Assembly (NCBI RefSeq): GCF_963921235.1 | Contig: NC_086097.1 | Span: 4,464,001 to 4,528,000 of the forward strand | From: Mobula hypostoma | Taxonomy: Eukaryota | DNA length: 64,000 bases | Direction of reading: 5' to 3' | In this document: positions 14,087 to 27,218 of the stretch, in pieces | Layout of the letters: every line of letters begins with the position of its first letter | Numbering within the stretch: the stretch's first letter is position 1 | Notes under the pieces: model-generated | The model's database searches: none | What the model was told of the DNA's origin: nothing | Seen by the model: the letters and a program-made list of their open reading frames with translations, nothing else | Translations under genes and position numbers: made by a program

Positions 14087-14705
14087 CTTTGAACAAGATA
14101 TAGTTGAGAAGAAACATCAAAGTATCCGATGAGAGGGGCTCTTTAAGGAAGTCTGGGATTTTGCCATTGGTTTTGCTATTCACATAAGCATTTATTTTGT
14201 CTTTTGTACTTTGTTGTTCATGAAAATCAACAGTCACTGTTTCTGCATTATAAAATTCCTCGGCTTCTTTGAGGAACTTTTCATGAATTTCTTTTCCGTT
14301 TTGAACATACAGAGAGCTTCCCATGTGGATTCCAACACTCACATTGTTCAAATGCTCCAGAAGCTGGGGGAATGTCTCCCTCACGGCGACAGCACCATTG
14401 TTTGTCATGTTGCTGTATCCAAGAACCTGCAGGAGCTGAGCCCGAGTTCTTTCCTTGGCACCCAATGACAACATGCTCAGGGAGGCAGAGATGCTCAGTG
14501 GAGAAAAGAAAATATTTTGGGAAGCTGTGTCTGGTTGAGTGGCAATCTGTCTGTACAGACGCAATGCAAATTCTGAATTTGCTGCTGAGAGGCTGAGAAG
14601 GGAAGGATATGGGGTAAATTCATTGACAGCAGAGGCATATCCACTGACCATGCCACTGGAAGGCAAAGCCACCATCAGGAAAGCAAAAGCAAGCAACTTC
14701 TCCAT
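14087..14705 (-). CDS. SERPINA1-like: Serpin copy 1, first main coding exon (signal peptide to strand 3A), alpha-1-antitrypsin-like
   Basis: Hydrophobic leader MEKLLAFAFLMVAL; serpin motifs NSEFALRLY, NIFFSPLSISASLSMLSLGA, INAYVNSKTNGKI, LLNYILFKG. Acceptor ttttactttgcag at 14713 and donor G|gtaag at 14086 (phase 1). Confidence 0.93.
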
Positions 14706-15142
14706 GTTGAACCTGCAAAGTAAAACACAAACCTACAATGTATTTATGTGCACTATTTAGAGATACAGCGCAGAACAGGTTCTTCCAGTCTAATACGCCA
14801 CAATACCCAGAAACTCACCTATTTAACCCTAGTCAATTCACAGGACAACTGACAATGACCATTTAGCCGACTAACCTGTACATGTTTGGACCGTGGGAAG
14901 AAACTCGAACAGCTGGGGGAAAGCCATGCGCTCATGGGCAGGAAATACAAAGAATTGAACTCAGAACTCCAGACCCCCCTGAGCAGTAATAGCAACACAC
15001 TACCTACTATATTACTGGGTTCTGAGTTTGCTCAAAACCTTCCTTTTAGATACTCCACAAAGCTTATATTGAAACTCTATTACATTTCACAAGTTAACAA
15101 GATCAGATATTGCTCCTTAGGTTCTAACACAAGTTCACTTAC

Positions 15143-15360
15143 AGATTCATATTGGTAGCCTATTTATAATTTCAGAGTCCTATATGAAGTGAAGAAGCCT
15201 GTTCGTCTTTGGCAGTCCAACTTACTGAAGTATAATCCTTGGTCTCTAATGTCAATTTATACCATAGCAATTACAAACACTAGTTAGACATTAATTAATG
15301 AAGTGACTTTTGATCCGTAGATATCATTGTTTAAACAATTCGTTTGGTTTTGCAAATATG
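15143..15360 (-). promoter_or_regulatory. Putative promoter and short first exon of serpin copy 1
   Basis: Donor TCT|GTAAGT at 15142; TATAAAT 15255-15261; HNF1-like 15283-15295; DR1/HNF4-like 15304-15316; forkhead palindrome TTGTTTAAACAA 15327-15338; C/EBP-like 15348-15357. Motif matches only. Confidence 0.5.
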
Positions 15361-16077
15361 GATTTGACTACATCACTGTGTCTCAGCAAATATTCCGGGA
15401 AGAATCTTGTAATATCAGTTTCAGGTATTGGATTTTGCATAGAGACACGTTAGGATAAATTTCCATTTTTATCCGCTGATCTCCCCAAAACCATAAAGTC
15501 AGAACAGCTTGCAGATCAAACATTTCTGGGTACATTAAGGTTTGCATTGTTCATTGTGTTGTTTTACGCAAGATTATTGTTGTTAGTGAACCTGAACATT
15601 GAGAACTGCATTCTATTTTAGACAGAAAACTCCACCAAGGTCGAGAGGTACATCTATATTAAAAACTTTTCAGAGACATCTGTTTGAAAGTGTGTCAATA
15701 ATTTTTCTTAGATTGTGCAACAGTTCACCATCATAAATAGAATTCAAGAATTATAATTTATCAAGTACATGCTGGCTCTTTGTAAAGTAATCCACTCCCT
15801 CTTTCATCATGGTCCTGCTAAATATTTTTGACCAAGATCTCCAATCACCCTTTGAAAATCCACCACCCACCCTTAAAGACAATGTGTTCCAGCTTAGAAG
15901 TATTCTTGTGTAAAAGAACAGATTTCTGAACAGACAAGGAACCCATGTACACTGTCACTATTGTTTGATTTTTTGCTCTCTTTGCACTACTGATTTCATT
16001 TAATTTTTAATATATATTTGTTTTGCAATTTATAGTTGTTTTGTTATTATGAATTGCAATGTACTGCTGCCACAAAG

Positions 16078-17130
16078 CAGGTGGATACTTCCCTGGTGTC
16101 ATGGATTCTTGATTACCTGACTGGCAGACCACAGTACGTGTGCTTGCAACACTGTGTGTCCGACAGAGTGATCAGCAGCACTGGGGCTCCACAGGGGACT
16201 GTCTTGTCTCCCTTTCTCTTCACCATTTACACCTCGGACTTCAACTACTGCACAGAGTCTTGTCATCTTCAGAAGTTTTCTGATGACTCTGCCATAGTTG
16301 GATGCATCAGCAAGGGAGATGAGGCTGAGTACAGGGCTACGGTAGGAAGCTTTGTCACATGGTGTGAGCAGAATTATCTGTAGCTTAATGTGAAAAAGAC
16401 TAAGGAGCTGGTGGTAGACCTGAGGAGAGCTAAGGCACCGGTAACCCCTGTTTCCATCCATGGGCTCAGTGTAGACAAGGTGGAGGATTACAAATACCTG
16501 GGGATGTGAATTGACAATAAACTGGACTGGTCAAAGAACACTGAGGCTGCCTACAAGAAGGGTCAGAGCTGTCTCTATTTCCTGAGGACACTGAGGTCCT
16601 TTAACATCTGCCGGATGATGCTGAGGATGTTCTACGAGTCTGTGGTGGCCAGTGCAATCATGTTTGCTGTTGTGTACTGGGGCAAAAGGCTGAGGGTAGC
16701 AGACACCAACAGAATCAACAAACTCATTCGTAAGGCCAGTGATGTTTTGGGGATGGAACTGGACCCTCTGACGGTAGTGTCTGAAAAGAGGATGCTATCC
16801 AAGTTGCATGCCATCTTGGACAATGTCTCCCATCCACTACATAATGTACTGGTTGGGCACAGGAGTACATTCAGCCAGAGACTCATTCCACCGAGATGCA
16901 ACACTGAGCGTCATAGGAAGTCATTCCTGCCTGTGGCCATCAAACTTTACAACTCCTCCCTTGGAGGGTCAGACACCCTGAGCCAATAGGTGGGTCCTGG
17001 ACTTATTTCCTGGCATAATTTACATATTACATTCAATTATTTATGGTTTTATTACTATTTAATTATTTAAGGTGCAACTGTAATGAAAACCAATTTCCCT
17101 CGGGATCAATAAAGTATGACTATGACTATG
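16078..17130 (+). mobile_element. 5'-truncated Rex1/Babar-like LINE, specific to unit A
   Basis: WILDYLTGRPQYV, GAPQGTVLSPFLF, KFSDD; AATAAAG(TATGAC)n tail. Confidence 0.85.
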
Positions 17131-17426
17131 GCTATAAAAACTTGGTCTCCTTAGCTGCCAGTGGCAAAGAATTCCACATAATCACTACTCTCTGGCTAAA
17201 GAAATTCTTCCTCATCATACCAGAAAAGCCACATTTTGGAAAAACATTTTTGCATCATCATCATTCTGAATTTTGATCATTTCTTCTTGCAAGTTCTCTT
17301 CCTGTTCTTCCACCTTGCAAAGAAATGGGTTAATTTACCAGTCTGGAATTTCCAGATTGCTCAAATCCTTGAATCGATTCTAAAATTCCTTCTCTGGTGA
17401 GTGCAGGTGTAAGTAGTACTCTTGCA

Positions 17427-19435
17427 CAGCGGTCCCCAACCACCGGGCCGCAGAGCATTTGCTACCGGGCCGCGAGGAAACGATATGATTTGGCGATAGG
17501 AGTTAGCTGCACCTTTCCTCATTCCCTGTCACACACTGTTAAGCTTGAACGCACACGAGGTCATTACCCGCGCATCATCCACTTCAGCGCGGGAAGGAGA
17601 TTAACTCTTCGATCTTGCAAATGATGGCGGGCTGAAAAGTATATTTGACATAACATCTCTGTCGGCATTCTGCATCAAAGTCAAGGCTAAATATCCTGAG
17701 ATAGCCACGAAAGCACTGAAAACGTTGCTTCCATTTCCAACATATCTCTGCAATGAATACAACGAAAACTAAATCGTGGAATAGCTGGACATAAGGAACC
17801 CCCTTCGAGTATCGCTGTCTCCCATCACCCCTCGATGGCACCGTCTTGTTGCAGTGAAACAAGCCCTGGGCTCCCACTGATTCAGTGATATTGATGTGTT
17901 GCAATGATTTTATATGTTCATACAGGGAAAATATGTGCTGTGTGTGAATATCCAAACATTACTTAAAATGTTATGATGCTAGTGACTGATAAGTGACCTA
18001 TATAACCATATAACAATTACAGCACGGAAACAGGCCATCTCGGCCCTTCTAGTCCGTGCCGAAAGCGGCTCTCACCTAGTCCCACCGACCTGCACTCAGC
18101 CCATACCCCTCCATGCCTTTCCTGTCCATATACCTATCCAATTTTTCTTTAAATAATATCGAACCTGCCTCTACCACTTCTACTGGAAGTTCTTTCAACA
18201 TTTACTTCAAGCTCCCCGTCCTCCCCTGATGATTGACTTATCACTATATTCATGTGAGGAAAATATGCGCTGTGTGTTTAATATTAAATTCGTTAGATAA
18301 CCTCTTTTAGAAACGAAATTGAGTGTATTAGCCCGTTATTACCAATATTCCGTTGTGATTAACACCCCCCTCCACCCGAACAGAATCGCCAAAAACGATT
18401 TGCAGAGAATAATATCAGCAGGTCACGCATGTGTACTGGTGCCCGCGCTAAGGCCCCACCTCCCCCTCGTACCCCATCTGTTACTCATTTTTATGCACAC
18501 ATTCTTTCTCTCACTCTCCTTTTTCTCCCTCTGTCCCTCTGAATATACCCCTTGCCCATCCTCTGGGTCACCCCCCCCCCCTTGTCTTTCTTCCCGGACC
18601 TCCTGTCCCATGATCCTCTCGTATCCCTTTTGCCAATCACCTGTCCAGCTCTTGGCTCCATCCCTCCCCCTCCTGTCTTCTCCTATCATTTTGGATCTCC
18701 CCCTCCCCCTCCAACTTTCAAATCCCTTACTCACTCTTCCTTCAGTTAGTCCTGACGAAGGGTCTCGGCCTGAAACATCGACTGCACCTCTTCCTATAGA
18801 TGCTGCTTGGCCTGCTGCGTTCACCAGCAACTTTGATGTATGTTGCTTGAATTTCCAGCATCTGCAGAATTCCTGTTGCTTGTATTTTTTGACTGCTACT
18901 CTTGTCCGTTGACAACCCAACCCACCCACCCCCCCCCCGCCGGGTCAGCCGGTCCACAAGAATATTATCAATATTAAACAAGTCCGCAGCGCAAAAAAGA
19001 TTGGGGATCCCTGCCTTATACAACCTCGTCGTAACATTCCAGCTCTTATACTCAATACTTTGATTAATAAAGGCCAATGTACCAAAAGCTCTCTTTATGA
19101 CCCTATCTACCTGTGACACCACTTTTAGGGAATTTTGTATCTGTATTCCCAGATTCCTCTGTTCTACTGCACTCCTCAGTGCCTTCCCATTTACCCTGTA
19201 TGTTCTACCTTGGTTTGTCCTTCCAAAGTGGAATACCTCACACTTGTCTGTATTAAACTCCATCTGCCATTTTTCAGCCCATTTTTCCAGCTGGTCCAAG
19301 TCCCTCTGCAAGCTTTGAAAACCTTCTTCACTGTCCACTACACCTCCAATCTTTGTATCATCAGCAAATTTGTATAATCAAAAATATGTTATAATTATGT
19401 GATTTTTGCAGCGCAAAAAAGGTTGGGGACCCCTG
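17427..19435. mobile_element. Non-autonomous hAT element with 8-bp TSD and internal cargo
   Basis: Ends CAGCGGTCCCCAACC / GGTTGGGGACCCCTG; TSD CTCTTGCA at 17419-17426 and 19436-19443; single CTCTTGCA at 54977-54984 in unit B. Confidence 0.9.
18743..18784 (+). ncRNA. Hammerhead motif, mutated copy, in a Penelope fragment (about 18445-18880)
   Basis: AGTC-CTGACGA-AGGGTCTCGGCCT-GAAAC-ATC-GACT; G to A change breaks the stem III palindrome. Confidence 0.55.
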
Positions 19436-21924
19436 CTCTTGCAGATCTCCGTCTGTGAAAGAAAGAGTCATACTTTCTGTGCAGGGAAACTGTGAGAACA
19501 TTCTTCTCCCAATGTTTTACTTACAGTATCTCTTTCCAATTTTCCACTAAAAGTGGACAATGCCCTTTTTGCCTGGATTAAATTGAAATTCTCACCCTGC
19601 AGTTTCATATTTAGAATGTTCATTTTTTCATACAGATCGGTTTCACAGAGAACTTCAAACATTTTTTTCCCAAGCTCTTGTCGACTTTGAGTAAAAATTC
19701 AACCACAGTGTCAAAAAGATCAAAGAAATTTTTAAAGCAGCAGCCTTTTTCAGTGTGAAGAAGCAAGCATTCAAGCTCTTCATCATTATCTTGGCATAAC
19801 AGGTGAAATATTCTGCTATTTAATGGATGAGCTTTTATTTTGTTGATAACAAATATTACAAAAGTCATGCTTGAAAAAAGTTACTGGCTGAGGTTTTTGG
19901 CTGCGAGATGTTGCTGATGAATTTACACATGCGTTGCAAACAGACTGGGAATTGCCTTTTTCATAAATGCCACTAAACCAGCATGCTGACCTGTCATAGG
20001 GTCTCGGCCCAAAACATCAACTGTACTCTTCCGTAGATGCTGCCTGGCCTTCTAATTTCTTCCGGCATTTTATGTGTCTTGTTTAGATTTCCAGCATCTG
20101 CAGATTTTCTTTAGTTTGTGATATATGATTCATCTGTTGCACAAGAAATCATGTTCCTAATCATGGTCAGAATACTTTTATCCTCAATACACATTATGAG
20201 CTTGTTGTTCTGATTCTCCATTGATATTTGTTTTTAACTTTTTACAAAAGATAACCTCTTCATAAACTTTTCCATTTTTGATAAACCATACTTTTGCCAT
20301 TAGCAACGCCTCGTTGTCTTGCACAATTGACTCATCCAGATGTATCCCAAATTTTGGTTTTTGTAGCTCTGTGCATAGTTGATACTCAATATCTTCACTC
20401 ATTTCATCAATATGATGAGCTACAGAGTTATTACTCAGAAACTGATTTTAAAATATTGGTTTCCATTTTGAGAACAGTGGTGAGCACTTCTGATACAGCA
20501 GGCGTTATTAACCTTTCACCAGTTGTTTGAGATGTTCCACGCTTTGTTGTCATTGTGAAAATGTTATAAGAAGCAATGAGACCTCTATCAAGGTCATTTT
20601 TAGCTTTCTTGGCAAATGACTCGAATGTGCAATGCTTTTCAAATGCTTCTTTCATCTTCGTAACCGCACACTGGGGGTGGGGTGCGGTACAGCCCTCATT
20701 AGGAATCATTGTTTCAGACCACTAGTCAATAAGACATTCAACGGAATTAGGTCAGAATTTGGCTCATTGAGTCTGTTCCACCATTCCATCATGGCTGATT
20801 TATTATCTCTTTCAGGAGATTAATGAAATGGTTCTGTAGATGAGAATTTTTACTTGTAGGGTTAGATAGAACTGGTATGATGATGGGTCTCAGCCCAAAA
20901 CCACGTGCCAGTGAGGATAAGAGAATAATTTGGCAGATGAATCCATCTAAGAAAGGATGTTCTGACATTGCAGACGATTCAGAGCAGGTTCACGAAAATG
21001 ATTCCAGGAATGAAAGGCTTATTGTATGAGAAGCGTTTGATGGCTCTGGGCCAGCACTTGCTGGAACATAGAACATCGAAATCGACAGCACATTACAGGC
21101 CCTTCGACCCACGATGTTGTGCCGACCATGTAGCCTACTCTAGAAACTGCCTAGAATTCCCCACCGTATAGCCCTCTATTTTTCTGAGCTCCATGAACCT
21201 ATCTAAGAGTCTCTTAAAACTCCATTGTATCCACCTCCACCACCGTCACTGGCAGTGCATTCCACACACCCACCACTCTCTGTGTGCAATTTAGAAGAAT
21301 GAGAGGGATCTCACTGAAACCTATCGAAGCTTGAAAATCCTGCATAGAGTGGATATGGACAGGATGTTTCCTATAGCTGGGGGAGTCAAGGACCAGAGGG
21401 CACAGTTTCAGAATAGAGGGATGTCCTTTTAGAACGTAGGTGAGGAAGAATTTCTTTCGACAGAGGGTGGTGAGTCTGTGGAATTTCTTGCCACAGGTGG
21501 TTGTGGAGGCCAAGTCATTGGCTGTAATTAAGCCAGAGGTTGATGTATTCTTGATTAATTAGGAGGTGAGATATTACTGGAAGAAGGCAGGAGAATGGGG
21601 TTGAGATGGAAATGAATCAACCGTGATGGAATGACGGATCAGAGTCGAGGGGCCGAATGGCCTCATTCTGCTCCTTTGGTTGGTCTAAAAGAAATGTCAA
21701 ATATTTATTCCCCTCTTTAGAAGCTGCATATTCTGCTGAGTTCTTCCAGTACTTTCTGTGTTTTTCTGGATTTCCAGCATCTGCAGAATCTCTTGTGTTT
21801 TGACAGAAAAAGCTCACACTTTTTCTGTTTAGATAAAAGAAGTTTAAGAGAATTCTTAAGGTAATATTAACCTGATCCAGATGCAAAAATAAAACAATCC
21901 TTTAAAACTTGCTGAATGCATAAA

Positions 21925-24885
21925 ACCATAAGAAACAGGAGCAGAATTAGGCTAAGAGGCCCATTGAGTCTGCTCCGCCATTTCATCCTGGCCCATCCAT
22001 TTTCCGTTTAAGCCTCAATCTCCTGCTTCTTCCCGTATCTTTTCATGTCCTGACCAATCGAGAACCTATCAACCTTTGCCTTAAATATGCAAAAAGACTT
22101 GGACTCCCTAGCTGCCAGTGGCAAACAATTCCACATAATCACTACTGTCTGGCTAAAGAAATTCTTCCTCATCTTCGTTCTAAAAGGATGGCCCTCTATG
22201 ATGAGGCTGTGTCCTCTGTCTTAGACTGTCCTACCGTAGGAAACTCTCCCATTCTATCAAGGCCTTTCACCACTTGATGGGTTTCAATTACTGTGGGTCG
22301 CCCCTCATTCTGATGAATTCCTGTGAATACAGGCCCAGGACCATCAAACGTTTGTCATATGACAAGCCATTCAATCTTGGAATCATTTTCATGAACCCTC
22401 TTTGAACTCTCTCCAGTTACAGCACATCCTTTCTAAGATAAGGGGCCTGAAACTGCTCACACTACTCTGTGAGGCCTCACCAGTGTTTTATAAATTCTCA
22501 ACATTACATCTTTGCTTTTATATTCTAGTCCCCTTGAAATGAATGGTAGCATTGCATTTACCTTCTTCACCACAGACTCAACCTTTAGGCAATCTCGGAC
22601 AAGGTCTCCCAAGTCCCTTTGCACAAGAGTTGAGGCTCTACTTGAACTGGTATTGGAAATGAACCTGGTCAGCTGTCAAGTCTCTCTGTGACCAATGGTG
22701 TGTCTTAAGGATCTGTTCTTGGACATGTTCTCTTTGTGATTTTTATAAATGACCTGGATGAGGAAGTGGAGGGATGGGTTAGTAAATTTGCGGATGACGA
22801 ACAGGATGGGGGTGTTGTGGATAGTGTGGCAGGCTGTCAGAGGTTATAGCGGGACATTGATGGGATGCAAAACTGGGCTAAGAATTGTCAGATGGAGTTC
22901 AACCCAGATAAGTGTGAGGTGGTTCATTTTGGTAGGTCAAATGTGATGGCAGAATATATTACTAATGGTAAGACTCCTGGCAGCTTGGAGGATCAGATGG
23001 AACTTAGGGTCTGAGTCCATAGGACACTCAAAGCTATTGCACAGGTTGACTCTGTGGTTAAGAAGGCATTGACGTTCATCAATCATGGGATTGAATTTAG
23101 GAGCTGAGAGGTAATGTTGCAGGTATGTAATACCCTGGTCAGACCCCACTTGGAGTACTGTGCTCAGTTCTGGTGACCTCACTACAGGAAGGATGTGGAA
23201 ACTTTAGAAAGGGTGCAGAGGAGATTTACAAGGATGTTGCCTGGATTAGGGAGCATGCCTTATGAGAACAGGTTGAGTGAACGCGGCCTTTTCTCCTTGG
23301 AGTGGCAGAGGAGGAGATTTTACCTGATAGATGTGTATAAGATGATGAGAGACATTGATTGTGTGGACAGTCAGAGGCTTTTTCCCAGGGCTGAAATGTT
23401 TTAAAAAAGGCTCTAAACATAAACCAGGAAATTATAGACCACTGAGTCTGACATCCATTGTGGGAAACTTTTTGGAAAGCGTTCTAATGAACTGGATATA
23501 CAAATATTTGGATAGACATAGACTGATTAAGAATCGTCAGCATGACATCACGAGTGATAGGTCATGTCTAACCAATCTTATAGAGTTCTTTGAGGAAGTT
23601 TTTTCAGGGAAGTAGATGAATGCAAGGCAATATATGTTGTCTACATGGGCTTTGGCAAGGCATTTGACAGGGTCCCACGTGGGAGGTTGGTCAAGAAGGT
23701 TCTGTCGCTTGGCATTCAGGATGAGGTAGTAAATTAGATTAAACATTGTCTCTGTGGGAAAAGTCAGAGAGTGGTATCAGTTGCCTCTCGGATTGAAGGC
23801 TTGTGATTAGTAATGTGCTGCGGGGATTGGTGTTGAGTTCTTTGTTACTTATTATCTATATCAATAATTTGGATGATAATGTTGTTAAATCGATCAGAAA
23901 ATGTGTGGATGACACCAGAATTGGGTGTGTACTGGACAGTGAGGAAGTTTATCATAGTTTGGAGAGGGATCTGCATCAGCTGGAAAAATGGGCTGAAAAA
24001 TGGCAGATGGAACTTAATACAGACAAATGCGAGGTTTTGTACTTCAGTAGGACCAACCAGGGTCGATGGTACACAGTGAACGGTAGGGGACTGAGGAGTG
24101 TGGTAGAACAAACAAATCTGGGAATACAGGTCCATAAATTGTTGAAAGTGGCATCACATGTAGATAGGTTCATCAAGAAAGCTTTTCATGCATTGGCCTT
24201 CATAAATCAAAGTAAATGAGTTAGGATGTTATGTTGAAGTTCTATAAGATGTTGGTGAGGCCTAATTTGGAGTATTGTGTGCAGTTTTGGTCACCTATCT
24301 ACAGGAAAGATGTAAAGATGGTTGAAAGTGTACAGACCCCACTTAGAGTACTGTTTTCAGTTCAGGTCACCTTAGTACAGGAAGGATGTGGAAACTATAG
24401 AAAGGGTGTAGAGAAGATTTACAAGGATGTTGCCTGGATTGGGGAGCATGCCTTATGAGAATAGGTTGAGTGAACACGGCCTTTTCTCCTTGGAATGGTG
24501 GAGGATGACAGGTGACCTGATAGAGGTGTATAAGACTGTGAGAGGCATTGATCATGTGGATAGTCAGAGGCTTTTTCACAGGGCTGGAATGGCTAGCACG
24601 AGAGGGCACAGTTTTAAGGTGCTTGGAAGTAGGTACAGAGGAGATGTCAGGGGTAAGTTTTTTATGCAGAGAGTGGTGAGTGTGTGGAATGGGCTGCCGG
24701 CAATGGTGGTGGAGGCGAATAGAATAGGGTCTTTTAAGAGACTCCTGGATAGGTACATGGAGCACAGTGAAATAGAGGGCTATGGGTAACCCTCGGTAAT
24801 TTCTAAAGTAAGTACATGTTCGGTACAGCTTTGTGGGCTGAAGGTCTTGTATTGTGCTGTAAATTTTCGATGTTTCTATATTCTA
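21925..24885. mobile_element. Cluster of nested CR1 fragments (minus 21925-22624, plus 22630-24885)
   Basis: Repeated RT motifs (ERVQRRFTRMLPG, NYRPLSLTS, WAEKWQM) and TTCTAT-type tails. Confidence 0.8.
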
Positions 24886-24989
24886 GTCTTCTCGAAATGA
24901 ATGCTAACATTGTATTTGCCTTGCTTACCACCAAGTGACCCAGCAAATTAACCTCGCAATCACGAGGAAGTACAGAAGAGGTGTTTTTA

Positions 24990-26705
24990 AAAATGCAAAC
25001 ACGAGGATTTCTGCAGATGCTGGAAATTCAAGCAACACACATCAAAGTTGCAGGTGAACGCAGCAGGCCAGGCAGCATCTCTAGGAAGAGGTACAGTCGA
25101 CGTTTCAGGCCGAGACCCTTCGTCAGGACTAACTGAAGAAAGAGCTAGTAAAGGATTTGAAAGTGGGAGGGCAAGGAGGAGATCCAAAATGATAAGAGAA
25201 GACAGGAGGGATGGAGCCAAGGGCTGGATTGGTGATTGGCAAAAGGGATATGAGAGGATCATGGAACAGGAGGCTCAGGGAGAAGGAAAAGGGGGAGGGG
25301 TGGAAAAAAACCCAGAAGATGGGCAAAGGGTATAGTCAGAGGGACAGAGGGAGAAAAAGGAGAAAGAGAGAAAGAATGTGTGTATATAAAAATTAATAAC
25401 GGAGGGGGTACAAGGGGGAGGTGGGGCATTAGCGGAAGTTAGAGGAGTCAATGTTCATGCCATCAGGTTGGAGGCTACCCAAATGGAATATAAGGTGTTG
25501 TTCCTCCATCCTGAGTGTGGCTTCATCTTTACAGTAGAGGAGGGTGTGGATAGACATATCAGAATGGGAATGGGATGTGGAATTAAAATGTGTGGCCACT
25601 GGGAAGTCCTGCTTTCTCTGGCGGACAGAGCGTAGGTGTTCAGCAAAGCGGTCTCCCAGTCTGCGTTGGGTCTCGCCAATATATAGAAGGCCACATCGGG
25701 AGCACCGGACGCAGTATATCACCCCAGCCAACTCACAGGTGAAGTGTCGCCTCACCTGGAAGGACTGTTTGGGGCCCTGAATGGTGGTAAGGGAGGAAGT
25801 GTAAGGGCATGTGTAGCACTTGTTCCGCTTACACGGATAAGTGCCAGGAGGGAGATCAGTGGGGAGGGATGGGGGGGACAAATGGACAAGGCAGTCATGT
25901 AGGGAGTGATCCCCGTGGAAAGCAGAGAGAGGGGGGGAGGGAAAGATGTGCTTAGTAGTGGGATCCTGTTGGAGGTGGCGGAAGATATGGAGAATTATAT
26001 GTTGGACCCGGAGGCTGGTGGGGTGGTAGGTGAGGACCAGGGGAACCCTACTCCTAGTGGGGTGACGGGAGGATGGAGTGAGAGCAGATGTGAGTGAAAC
26101 GGGGGAGATGCGTTTGGGAGCAGAGTTAATAGTGGAGGAAGGGAAGCCCCTTTCTTTAAAAAAGGAGGACATCTCCCTCGTCCTGGAATGAAAAGCCTCA
26201 TCCTTAGAGCAGATGCAGCGGAGACGGAGGAATTGCGAGAAAGGGATGGCATTTTTGCAAGAGACAGGGTGAGAAGAGGAATAGTCCAGATAGCTGTGAG
26301 AGTCAGTAGGCTTATAGTAGACATCAGTAGATAAGCTGTCTCCAGAGATAGAGACAGAAAGATCTAGAAAGGGGAGGGAGGTGTGGGAAATGGACCAGGT
26401 AAACTTGAGGGCAGGGTAAAAGTTGGAGACAAAGTTAATGAAGTCAGTGAGTTCAGCATGCGTGCAGGAAGCAGCGCCAATGCAGTCGTCGATGTAGCGA
26501 AGGAAAAGTCGGAGACAGATACCAGAACAGGTTTGGAACAATGATTGTCCACAAAGCCAACAAAAAGGCAGGCATAGCTAGGACCCATACGGGTGCCCAT
26601 GGTTACACCTTTAGTTTGGAGGAAGTGGGAGGAGCCAAAGGAGAAATTATTAAGAGTAAGGACTAATTCTGCTAGACAGAGCAGAGTAGTGGTAGAGGGG
26701 AACTG
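24990..26705 (-). mobile_element. Penelope-like retroelement, 5'-truncated and frameshifted (RT plus GIY-YIG endonuclease)
   Basis: GVTMGTRMGPSYA, RYIDD, LPFLD, YYKPT, GVIYCVRCSRCGLLYIGET...RFAEH. Confidence 0.92.
25094..25135 (-). ncRNA. Minimal type I hammerhead ribozyme motif in the Penelope terminal repeat
   Basis: Minus strand AGUC-CUGACGA-AGGGUCUCGGCCU-GAAAC-GUC-GACU: intact core, stem I AGUC/GACU, palindromic ACGU stem III. Confidence 0.75.
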
Positions 26706-26733
26706 ATAAGGAAATGTCTCATTGCTATAGAAA

Positions 26734-27218
26734 TGAGGGATGATTGATAAGTTCATGGCCTACGGCAGAAGGAGTCAATTTTAGAAAACCTGGCACATTT
26801 ATTTTTCCTACATTTACACACTTAGTCCAGCGGTTGTGGACCATACGAACCCCTTCTTTGTAGAAGTCGACGCCTTGGACCTCCCGAAAGTGGTCCACAG
26901 CAGGGGTGATTGATAAGTTCGTGTCCTAAGGTAGAAGCAGATGAAGAGAAACTTCAAACTTTCTGCATTTTCATTCAAAGAGTTGAACTGCATATGCATA
27001 TAATGAGAGCTGTATAACTTATCTCCTTCTAGCTTAGGCCATGAGCTTATCAATCACCCCTGCTGTGGACCACTTCTACAAAGAAGGGATCCATATACTC
27101 CACGACCGCTGGACTAAGTGTGTACATGTAGGAGGGGACTATGTTGAAAAATAAATATGCTGGGTTTTCTAAAATTGACTCTTTCTACCACAGGCCACCA
27201 ACTTATCAATCACCCTGG
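26734..27218. mobile_element. Mariner-derived fold-back MITE (485 bp), independent insertion
   Basis: Same TIRs and arms, no extra internal unit. Confidence 0.8.

Larger units (their letters stand above)
17215..20660 (-). mobile_element. Degenerate hAT (Buster/Charlie-like) transposase remnant, unit A, interrupted at 17427-19435
   Basis: ERLITPA, EMSEDIE...LDES, KIKAHPLNSRIF...LLLHTE, LNMKLQG in broken frames. Confidence 0.8.
1..22624 (+). repeat. Tandem segmental duplication, unit A
   Basis: Colinear with 33087-58168 across exons, introns, old repeats and upstream DNA; position 1 gattcaaac matches 33087 and similarity ends at aagtccctttgcac. Confidence 0.93.

Noticed and set aside
15161..15168. 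TATAAATA as the serpin TATA box
   Set aside because: Too close to the GTAAGT donor at 15142 to leave an exon; the TATAAAT at 15255-15261 fits better, though neither is proven.
18423..19338. ORFs of 168-198 aa as novel genes
   Set aside because: Chance read-throughs across CR1, hAT-end and Penelope fragments.
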